Shown here in pieces: positions 25,080-36,063 of a stretch of DNA of 64,000 nt. The DNA is from Klebsormidium nitens (lineage: Eukaryota; Plantae; Klebsormidiophyceae). Each line of letters begins with the position of its first letter. Within the stretch, counting starts at the first letter, position 1. The stretch covers positions 1 to 64,000 of the forward strand of contig DF237305.1 in NCBI GenBank assembly GCA_000708835.1, written 5' to 3'. The notes under the pieces were generated by a model. The model had not been told where the DNA came from, did no database searches, and worked only from the letters and a program-made list of their open reading frames with translations. A program made the translations under genes and the position numbers.

Positions 25080-28000
25080 CTACTTCAGCAAGGTTCTCAC
25101 AATCTGCTTCACGTTGAGCTTGGTGAGATCGGTGTAGGTCTGGCCACAACCGACGAACATGATGGGGGCGGATGAGACGTACACCATGGACAGCGCTGCC
25201 CCGACCTACAGCACAAGTCACACTCAATTAATCAGATGTACGGAATATATGCGAAGGTCTGCAGGCTCAGAAACCACAGACAGCCACGTTCTATTGCTTT
25301 CCATACTGATGTGAACAGGAGACTCACCGACTACAAACCTACTTCACTCTACTTCGTTGGACTCGAGTTCCCATCATACAAAATGACTTCGAAAACCCGT
25401 GCCGACAGACGAAAGTCCAAATTGACCTCCAAGCCGAAACAAATCATTGCAATCCCTGGCGCACGAGCTGGTCACATACACTAATGCAAAATGACAGTCT
25501 GCCATGAGTTCCAGGTAACCCGTCCCTGTGGTCGAGATCTTCAAAGATCTTATTGACAACCTGAATCCTGGGCATAGTCGCCTCGACGGATTGATTCGGT
25601 CTATTCAAAGCATAACAGCCAAGATAAAGGCATAATCTGGAAGGAGATAACCGGAATCACAGTTCCCTTGCACAGTCTTATGCTCGTAGCAACACAAGCC
25701 CGTCTCTCACCTTGTCATCGATGGTGTCGAACTTGGTGAGCAGGATGCCGTCGATGAGGCGCGGCGCGCTGCCAACCGAGAGGTCCGCGAGGCGCTGGTT
25801 GAACTTCATGAGCTGGTCCACGCCGTCGTTGCCCACGAGCGCCTCCCCCACAAACAGCACCAGGTCCGGCTGGTTCTGGTTGATCAGCTTAGACAGCGAC
25901 CGCATCAGCGGCTCGTTGTCCTGCATGCGCCCCGCCGTGTCCACCAGCACGACGTCGCGCTTCTCGCGCGCCGCCGCACGGATTGCATCGGCGGCCACCG
26001 CGGCAGGGTCCTTCTCGTAGCCGCGCTCGAACAGGGGGATCTGAAAGCATGCAGGCGGAAGGGGAATGAGAGGACTGTTTAGGGGATCACGAGCATGAGG
26101 CGAACCTCGAGTTTGTCAAAGACCTTTTGCTGACGCAGACAGTATGAATAAGGATAGGACAACTGCTTTGCAATAGTTTGATCCCCCATCAAGGATCGGA
26201 GAACGGGTGTGGCTACCCAACCCTGCACCTCCATTGCTTCGCCCGGCCTTCTATGACAAAGGCCTTCATTTCGTCGTTTGAACCTGAGATGACCAACAAA
26301 CTGAGGCACTGTTGATGAACCCCGACCGTTTGGAGGCTGCTTTAAGTAATACAATGGCAGTACAACGACAACCCCTACTCTGATGTCTGACATTCAATGG
26401 AAAGCGGGGAAACACATCTGACAACGATTCCACATGGTAGTCAACGTAGCAGTAACCCTTACATTCAGCCTGCGGCAGTGTGTCTTGAGCTGCTCCACTG
26501 CACCCGAACGGAAAGTATCACACGCAGCAATCATGACATTGATGTCATGCTGCAGGAGCCAATACGCGACCTGCACAGGGGAAGTTGTTCAAAAGAATCA
26601 GAGAAAGGACACATGGCCTGGATGACGCCTCAATCTTTCTGGACAGCAACGGTTTATTCAAACTCGTTTGCAAGAGTTGCGCCCCAGGCAGCCCGCATCC
26701 CATCGATCATCAGAGGAAGTAGGTGGATCTTGTCCAAGAAAGATGCTGCCTGCCCTGCTCGGACCGCAGCTGCGGCCTCACCTTGGACAGGTTGGTGGAC
26801 TTTCCGACCCCATTCACTCCCACAAAGACCACTGTGTAGGGACGCCCAGCCTCCTTGGCAGCATGCACATCCCGCAGGATGTCAATGGACCGCTTTGGGG
26901 TCAGGATCCGCAGCAAAGCCTCCTCCATGGCGGCCTGCACAAAGACACACCCGCTTAGCGCCCTTACAAAATTCCAAAACCTCGTGCACCATGCTACAGA
27001 ATCAAAAGGCTGATATCTTTTCTTGTCTGCGTCAATGGCAAAAATGTCTGCTTTTTCTCAGCACAAATCATAAGCTGACGTTGAGTTCAATGTGAGGTAC
27101 TCTCTAGAAACAGTCGAGTCTGATGTGAAGTAGACCAAAGCCTCCAGAGAGCAGCACAAACACAAACTTACCTTAACAGTCGACGAGACCAGAGAGAATG
27201 AGGCCTGCTTGCGGCCCACAATGCTGGTGGCAACCGACTCGCAGAGCTTCTCCGCAATCTCCTCAGCGACATTCTTGGTCATGAGGCGCTCCTTGAGAGC
27301 TTTCAGAGCCGGCTCCAAGTCCTCCTTCTCCAGAGCTGCCTTCCCAGCCACACTGCAGAGGGCGCACAAATTCAGTCCTCCTGGAACAACAGACGCCAAG
27401 CAGCCTCTATCAAGACAGGGCGGCCAACATTCCTTGGCCTAGCTCTCGTGACAAGAATCTTCCATGTGTGCAAGTGTTAGCAGGGATGAGCCCTGGAGGT
27501 CCTAAGGAACACGAAAGCAGCTTTGCATGCTGATTGCAAAGATGCTGCACGATGTGCAACTCGGCGACTCACCTTTGGAAAACTGATGCAAACCAGCCCT
27601 TCTTAGCAGGAGTCTTGGTGGTGGCAGTGACGGTGCCGTTTGACACTTCGTTCAGCTGTTCCTCCTCCTCCCCCTCCTCCTCATCATCGTCAAGATCCTC
27701 CTCAACATCCATGCGGCTCTTCCCACCGCCACTCACATCGATTGCGTCAATTACCTCGCTCTCAGTTCCCTCTGAATAATCCAGCTTCCTGTTGGGATCA
27801 GGGGTGTCGTCCCACACCCTTTTTCCCCGCGTACCCTTCTTGCCGCTGTCCGCCGCCGAGTCGCTGCCGAGCTTCTTGCCATCCGCAGGTTTGAGGGGGT
27901 CAGCCTTCTTGGTGCTAGGCCCCTTTCCCTTCCGCTTCTGGAGCTTGGACAGGTCAAAGGCAGTGGCTCCGTTTGCCCCATTGCTGACTGTCCCCACACT

Positions 28001-28712
28001 CTCTTCTTCGCTACTGTTGCCTCTACTATCGTCGGACTTGACTGCCTGGACCCCTAATTTGTTTTTCTCAGCTGCTGAGGAGCTGTCATCGTCGTCGCTC
28101 TCCTTTTCTTGTTTGCCTCCAGACGTTTTGTTCCCTCCCGTCTTTCCCGTTTGCTTCAGCTTATCCTTCCCCTTCTTGGTGTTCTCAAACTTGGTTATCT
28201 GCTTTGATCGTCGACTCTCCTCAGCCCGGGTCTCCGCTGCTTGAAGCATCCGCTGAAACTTGTCATCGAACCCCTTGTAGGAATACTTGCCCTCCTTGTA
28301 GGTTGGTGCAAACTCTGCTTTTACTGCAGCCAGGAGCTCCTCCACGTACAGCAACTGCAGAAGGTAACCTGGTCAGATCTCTGATTTATGAAGCACGCCA
28401 TGAAAGCTGTCCCAAGCAAAAGAATAACGAGAATAGCAAGCATGAAATAAACTGTGAGATCCATACAAGCTGCTGAAAGGAGCTCACCTGTAAGATCCGC
28501 TGGTATACTGCCACGAAGACCAGACCCAATTCATTGTGGAAGGTCCACTTGAGGGTGTACTCTCCTTGCGAGAAAGATGTTTCGCCTGAGCGCTCCTCCA
28601 GCAGGCACGACCGGATGAGCGAATCAACCGGATTCCCCTTCAGAGCGGAGGTCAGCTGGAAAGTCCACAGGACCAGGCCCCCCCGGGTGAAGATAGAAAA
28701 GTGGTCCAACAT
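25080..28712 (-). CDS. SRPRA: Signal recognition particle receptor alpha subunit (longin domain plus SRP GTPase)
   Basis: [16 protein letters not shown] (N-terminal longin domain), a charged linker, [16 protein letters not shown] (G1), [37 protein letters not shown], and last exon [31 protein letters not shown]-stop. Confidence 0.95.
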
Positions 28713-29317
28713 GGTCAGCAGCTCTTTTAGAAAGACCACCTGGATCGATTTAATGCGAGAAAGGATGACCAACAAGCTGCCTCAATCGGCTCTGTACACC
28801 TCCTCTGATATCCACCTACACTTTGCAGTTCTAAGTGAGTCCTCACGTCTTGGATCATTTGTTGCGGACGCCTGGCACCGCCATGGTCTGCATGCTTGCG
28901 CTTGAACTGTGCAGTCCAGAGCGGTTGTTGTCATTGACACTGACAGTTGACCACCGAGCTCGGCTCAGCTGCGAGCTCACCACTGTGTGGCGACCAAACT
29001 CGACTATTAGCTGACTCGATGGTCGCTAGCTTTTACGCATGATGCACAGAAAACCTTCTCGGTCTTGGAGCTCGCATGCGCGGCATGGAGACTAGCAAAG
29101 TTACCCAGTCTGCTGGCATGGACAGAAATGCGCAATGCAGCTCCTCTTCTTCAAGCATCGTACAAGTATGATCTATGGTGGTGCTCCTGGGGTTGTCCCA
29201 GCAAGTGCTCTTCTTTGTCCCTGGTGCTCAGGACAAGAGCAATGAGCCAGCCCGCAATCAAGCTTCAGCAGCGCCTAGCTCAAAATCTATATTGGACGAC
29301 CAATTGTGACTAGGTGG

Positions 29318-32231
29318 ATGAAAGACACTCTTTGGATCAGTCGCACAGAAGGTGTGGATTGCAGCACACAAGAGGTGCAGCTCTGCTTGGCATGCTTTCC
29401 AGCGGTGAGGAGAAGCAACAAATGTTTTGGGAGAGTGGAGTGGCATGCCAACAAAAGTCTAAATTGCTGCTGAGATTGTCGCTTGATTATCTATTTGCTT
29501 AGATGCACCAAACGAAGCTGCAAAAGTTCACTGCAGTCTTTAGAATGTCATGAGAACTGTGAAGTATGGAACACAGCTCCTTTCTAATCTCCCTTTTCTG
29601 GGCTTCTGATGCTCACATACTCTTCCTGCGTCCACCACCTGCTTCTTCCAGGCTGGGACAGGGGCCTGGGTTTTCAATCGGTTTGCGAGAGATCTTCCCC
29701 AAGACATTGAGGTGACGATCTTCTGATCACCCTGGTTAAGGGTTGAATTCTGCAGGCAATTCTAGGACTTTGATACGAGTGGTGGAGTAAGAGAGTCTTG
29801 CCTACGCACAACTTATGCCCTGTAATCAACAACTTTGACATGACAATTGGTGATTTGTGCTATCGTTTAGAAGGCCACGCCATCTGGGGCTTTGATTGGC
29901 CTCTAAAAGGTATCAAGTAGAGCACATCGATCGGTAGCGTCACTCATGACAAGCTGAGTATTTTTCATGAGATCTGCAGGTCCTGCCAATCGAGTATCCT
30001 GGCAGTGGGCAGCGATCTCTAGAAAAGCGGCACACTTCTATGCAAGACATCGTGCAACCATGTGTGGCAGCTCTACTACCGGTTCTGGCAGAGAAAGTAA
30101 GTCAGAAGAAGCCTCCATCAGATGCTTTTCTTGACACAGAACAATCAGAGCATGTTGAGGCTAGCTATGCAGATTCATGCAGAATATCGCTGCGCCTCTT
30201 GCGTGGCCCCTTCAGAGGCAGCTTCAGAGCACTTTCGGGATAAGAGCGTACGTTGTAATCTATGGAGAATTCTTGTCGATGCCTCCTCAATTGTAAATGA
30301 AGTTGGTCGGGCAGGTTGGTGGCAGCAATAGGTGGCGTGGCCCAACTCTATTTCTACATTGGATCTCGTCCTCCTACCGCTTATCCCTTTTTTGGTTGAC
30401 ATGCTCAGGTACCGTTGTTATCGCACATGATTGGATGTGTCATCCTTCCTCATCTGCAAATCTGAACCAAGGCTACTTTGTCTTGTCTTAAAACGCCTTA
30501 TCTAAGGATGGCAGGGTCGAAAGTGTCAAGGTACAGACGTTTCAATAACCCAATGACTGCTCCTAAGTGCACACCGGAGTGTTCGAGTATCACCCCAAGT
30601 GATGTCGCCTTGTGTGTCGGCAGCCAGTCGCTCTGTTTGGGCACAGCCTCGGCGCCTGGATCGCATTTGAAGTCGCGCACCAACTCGAAGAAAGAGGAGT
30701 TGCCCTGAAAAGGCTCTATGCTTGTGCTGAGAGGTGAGCACAAAGAGAGGCCATCCCCACACTAAAGAGCTGCCTCCTTCTCTGACCACCTCACTGATTC
30801 GAGAAACTTCTTTTTGGTTCTTGTATTGGACGTTATCTGGCATACTTTCGTCAAACAATCTGAGCTTTCCCATCAAAGTTGACGAAGTTTGACGTCCTTA
30901 AAAGAGACGACTTGAGCTTTTATCGTCCCTTTGCTGCAGGGCCCCTCATCTGTCTGCTGTGTCGTACGACGTCGACCCGACCACCTTCCACGTGCTAGAC
31001 GAGCCTGCGTTTTGGCACGCGTTTGAACGAAGATACGGGCTGCCACGTGCTCTGCAGGTCAGTCAAAGCTTGAGACACAAGGTGATGCAGGAGATGCCTT
31101 CTATCTTCCTACGCCAGTCGCACGTCGTTCTGAATAAACTGTATCGTTGCAGATGCTTCGTGTGGTGCGGCGAGTAACTGTAAGCTCGGTACTTACGAAG
31201 GCGGGTCCTGACATTGACCCGATGCTGCTCCTTGCAGACTGAGGTGGCGCGCAGGTTTGCGTACCCTCGCTTACGAGCCGACCTTGAAGGTGAAGCCTGC
31301 TGCTGTAGATACTCGAGATCTCCTGAGTCCATCTTCTTTGCTTCCATTCGTTCACTGGCATCGAAATAGTCGCCTGCGGAACGGTCAAATTCAAGCATAT
31401 AGCGCCTCACTCCTTTGAGTCGCTTGGAGCAATTGAACGGGATGTTGCAACTGTATCCGCTGGTTGACATTCGTGTGGCTTACTGCAGTTTTCGAGACCT
31501 ACGTGCCGAGCACCTCGCGGCGTCTTGACTGCGATCTAGTTGCAATAGGCGCGGAGTCGGACCCTCGGTACACTCCCGATCAGGTATGCGGAATGTCCAC
31601 AGGTTCAGCACAATCTTAGGTTGCCACGGAAGTAGCCATTGCTGAAGTACGTACGGAGGAATTGTGAATGTTCGGGGTCGAGCCTCTGTGATCGTTTTCT
31701 GAGAATGCAGCACGCATGCAAGCAGAACGTCCTTCTCGTTGGTCGTTTTAATAGCTTGCATCCCCGTCTCGGTCAGCAACTCGCCCTCGTTTTGAGAAGA
31801 CAGTAGCGATACGAATTACACCAGCATTTTGAATGGTTGTCTTCTGCCAGATATCTGCTTGGAGGCAGCATACTGCCGGAGCATTTGAAGAGAGGTGGTT
31901 TGCGGGTAAGTGCCTCGGGTTTCGGATTGCAAGTACAGATTTTTGAACTAACCCCTTTGTCTCTCGTCTTTATATCCCGCTGTCCAGCAATGTTCGGCCT
32001 TGCACTGTGCAATCTTCTTCGCCAAGTTGCCTCTTGCATCTGCGAATGTCTGTCGGGGGATGCTTTTGAAATCTCAACGAACCAGTCCTAGTATCTTATT
32101 TGACACATCGAACGAGCGAATGTGCAGGTGGACACCAGTTCGTGAGGGAAGATCCAGAAACGTTACTGGCGTACCTCAAAGAAGACCTGGCTCGTACAAT
32201 CCAGGGCCAAAACACGCCCACTGCAAGCTGA
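29318..32231 (+). CDS. Stand-alone type II thioesterase (GrsT/RifR/OLAH-like alpha/beta hydrolase), 9 exons
   Basis: Exons 29318-29404, 29652-29711, 29980-30096, 30624-30733, 30940-31057, 31238-31289, 31489-31583, 31851-31905 and 32128-32231 splice in frame by GT-AG. They give LACFPAAGTG, VLPIEYPG, ALFGHSLGAWIAFE (nucleophile GxSxG), RAPH, PRLRADLE, GAESD, AWRQHT and GGHQF. Confidence 0.88.
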
Positions 32232-32343
32232 TCCAAACTGGATCACTGAGCGGCTCAGGCCCCGGGCCTGCTTACAGACCGAAGTCCGGACCCCCTTCGC
32301 AATTGCCGATTCTCCAGAACCACCGCCCTAGCCTTCGGCCGCC

Positions 32344-35034
32344 ATGGATCGATTTGAGTGGCTGCGGGGCCAGTGCTGGCTGACCCCTTGGCCCGCTACC
32401 CCGCACGTGCCTCAGACTTCCAGGTCTGCCATAGACTGGGTATTCAGGGGAACGGCTTCATTCCACGTTAGCCAACAGGAGCAGTACGGCGGCTCCGGTG
32501 TGCACGATGACAGGGGACCTCTGACGCCTAACGCCCGACATCTCTTCTTCAAAACGGGACCGAAGTGCCACGACCCAACTGAGACAGTGAGTAATCTTGC
32601 TTGGCTGTTTGAGGGATTGACCGTGCTTCTCGAACCTCGACGAATATATTTGGGTACTTTGCCACAGCTTTCCGACAGTAGGTCCTCGTCTGCGTTGTTT
32701 GAGTCATTACGTCTTAAGTCGCGTCAGCGTTTCGAGGGACTTTCAAGCTCCTGCACGGCGTTGCAATTGATGCAGTGCGCGTCACACTCGGAGGGAGGAC
32801 CAGGAGTTTCCTTTTGCGCAGGCCTGCTGCGTGGGTGTTGTTCAACACTCCGCCAACGACTTGCGGCTGGTCTTCTGCCTGGCAGATCAAGACGTTTGGG
32901 AAATCGAAGCTTCTCAGGTGACCTGACACACAATCCACACCTGAAAAGTCGGATCTGCCAAAACGTCGGGAGGTTTTTGACGGCAAGTCGAGGCTGTAGT
33001 GGTCGAGGATTACGTCAAAGGTCATATTCCTTCCGACGCCTGCTAATTCTCGAGTCCTCAACCGCAAGACTGACTGGGGCTTGCTCCTCAAATGGTCAAT
33101 CCATAGTCCGTGCTCTTTCGAGCAAAGGGCAGATTCTTCGGAGTAAATCGGAACTTGTGCTGGAAAAATGGCTTCTCACTGCTGTTTTACTTTCACAGGT
33201 GCAACGGCTTGTGCTACAGGACAGTGAAGCCGAGGTCCGTCAAGAGAGGCCTGGAAAGTAGGCATCTTTGCATGGACAACCGTCTTATCTTGGCGCCCAC
33301 GTTTGCAGACAGTCGAGTTACTCTGCAGAAAGGTTGCCTTCCGCTTTTGCGGGTGTTTCTGGAACTCTTGGAACCCTTCTGGCGCCCTAGACTAGCGTAC
33401 AACGGCGTTGGTTCCACTTGTAATATCTCTCATCGAGGCGAAACGCTTTTAAATCTTTGGACTCTCTTCTTCGAAGCAAGTACGCGCTCGTACATATCCA
33501 GAACGCGAATAGAGCAAGTGTCCCCGTGTTTAAATGGAGCGTGCTCATTGGCCAAAAGCCCCGCAATATGAGTTTCCTTACTTTCTTGTCTATCTAAAGG
33601 ATCCATTGAGGCCTCTTTCTGCAAGCGCTCAGGACAAAGTCTGACAAGTCTCGCCCTTACTTCCAGGCTGCCGGCTGTCTTGAGCGTCATCTTCCGCCAC
33701 GTCGTCCTTAATCTCTACCTTTCGTCGCCCACAATCGCAGCAGAGGCGCCGCAGGTGCTCTCCAGGTTAGCGGCGCCCTGACCCCCGTCAAGGGTCAGGG
33801 GTGTCTTTCTAGATCGCTCGAAGTCTCAGCACCTTCTAAAGTGCTCGCAATTACTGCGGTGCTGTCGGCCATGTTATCCGCTGCGAGCTGAAGTTTGTTG
33901 TCCTTCGCAGGGTGGCGGACCTTCTCTCTCGAGCTTTAAAGAATGACAGCTCTGTGAGACTCACGTCAGGTAAGCAACGGGCAGCTCGAGCGGATCTGTG
34001 GCGCGTTCGATACTGTCTGAACGCTTCCCTCGTCAGATGCTGGTTCTTCACCGGCCCTGTTGATTGAATAGTCAGTCTGTTCCTTGCAGGAGGCGAGGCA
34101 GGAGCGCCACAGATGGCACGACCAGAGGAGCTTGCATGCAACTGGCTGCGCTCTGCCGACGAGCTGGCCGCCAGTGCCCGGAGTACCAGCAACGCCTTGG
34201 CAGCCACCGAGATCGTCGAGGGGGCGCTGACAGCGATGGTGAGCACAACTGCTTCTGGGGCCTTGCCGACCCGGGGAAAGAAGTCCCTGCACGACAGTAG
34301 CGTAGATGGCCAGGGTCCGTGCCGTTTACTTGCGAATGCGAAATTCTGAAGCATGGCTGCAGACGAGAAAAGCTCGGGGCTTTGACAGGGATGAACAACT
34401 GCGCCAAACGCATAGGTGGATTGCCCCAACATCAGGTCTCAACTTTCAGCTCGTCTCCTGCAGGCAGCCGCTGCTGTGACACGGGAAAAGGTTCGAGCAG
34501 CCGCAGGGAGTGTGCACAGAAAGTATCCGGTCAGCACGGATGCTGAGGAGGTGAGATGGTCATTGGGCACCCCGCTCTGATGCCATCTCATGTCGACCGC
34601 CAGATTCCCCGAGAAAAAAGCAACGGCATGCAAAGAGCTTTTGCATGCGTTGGCGACACGGCCTTCAATTGACTTTGAAGTGTGAAATGAGGAAAGCAAA
34701 CGTTGCCGGCTCCTTGTCCTTCCTCAGGAGGTCGTAAGGTGGATGCTGGAGAACCGTGGAAAGCACGAGGGAACGGCTACTGACGTGACTGCCAAGTTGC
34801 AAGCCCTCCTCCAAGAAGTGAGTTCTCAAGCTTCTTACGGATTCCAGTCACAAGCATTGAATGAAATATACGTGCCCTATTTCTGTGAAGCAATTGGATA
34901 TCAACCGTCCCTGCGATTCTGTTGCGTGCTGTAAACTGCAGAGGGCGGCGAAAAGCAACGCTGTGATCAAACCATTCAATCGTTGCCTAGCCTCAAACAC
35001 AACTTCTGTGTGTGCAGCAAAAGAAGCAGTATGA
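32344..35034 (+). CDS. Uncharacterised multi-exon protein (no family recognised)
   Basis: ATG in GCCGCCATGG context. About ten phase-compatible exons with GT-AG edges read e.g. ACCVGVVQHSANDLRLVFCLADQDVWEIEASQ / WSRITSKVIFLPTP..TDWGLLLKW / LPAVLSVIFRHVVLNLYL / EVVRWMLENRGK, with TGA at 35032-35034. One donor site (about 33397) is uncertain. Confidence 0.5.
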
Positions 35035-36063
35035 GACTCGCCTGTGGCTCCAAACAGTGGGCGCGGCGACTTAGAGTGGTCTGTATTGCCTAATATCGGT
35101 ACGTGGGGAGCCTACTAGCTTGTGGCTCATGCTTTATTGTCATGCCAGCTGTCATGTCAGCACACGACCATAGATACAATTATCCGCATCGTATGCATGC
35201 CCAAACGATCAAATGCACGTCAGATCGGTTCATGAGTGTGAATGAGACACCGGAATTACAACCACGCCCTCGTGACGTGGAGGAAAACTAACTTGCTGGC
35301 CATCGTACAGTTTGCATAGGTTCACTGTTGCCGCCCTATCTCAAACCTTAGAGTGAACAGAAGAAAGAATGCCTCAGCTGCATTCTTTCCCCAATTCACC
35401 AGTGCCCTCTATGCACTGACCAACATCTACACATCACTGAGACAATAATTACAACCAATTATTGTCTCTCCATTCTAGTTTGCGACACGAATCGGACAGG
35501 ACACAATCTGGCCTGACACCTGATCGAGTAACAAATTAAAAACTCTCTCTTGCAGCTCAATACAATAGTTCCTCGCGAGCAAAAATGGACATCTCAATCA
35601 ATCCAACTGCTAGCGAGCGGCCAGAATATACCTTCTGCTAACCAAGTTCCCCTCGACTCAATGGACATTATCAGTGTGCAACAGTTCAAGCGATCACTCC
35701 CCCCCCAGGTTAAATGGCCCTTCTACCCTCAATGCCCCCTGTCAATTCAAGCCTGTGCAAACGGTACCCCATTGCATGCCTACCTCTATTTACATATGCA
35801 ACTGTAAGTGCAACTGACCCAGCCACTCCCGAGCGTTCTGTACTTTCGAATCTGCACAACGCTGCATGAGGCAAATATGAGAGGCTGTTCGCATTCACTC
35901 GAGAAGCCAAATGGAACAATGAAGAGCGCAGCTCTGAAAGGGGGTTCAGATTACAAGAGACGCAGCACGCAACCACTCGGATTAACTCTGGCTTTGTAGT
36001 ATTCTTGTAAGTTGGCAAGCGTACCTTTCCTCTTCCGCGTGTAGGTGATCTCGCTTTGTCCTG

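Noticed and set aside
30498-31779. Several minus-strand ORFs first suspected to be a transposon interrupting the thioesterase
   Set aside because: They are antisense to thioesterase exons and introns; the thioesterase splices completely on the plus strand.
32344-33261. 305-aa ORF as a single-exon gene
   Set aside because: A strong donor at 32587 (ACA|GTGAGT) and better downstream exons in other frames indicate only the first ~81 codons are used.
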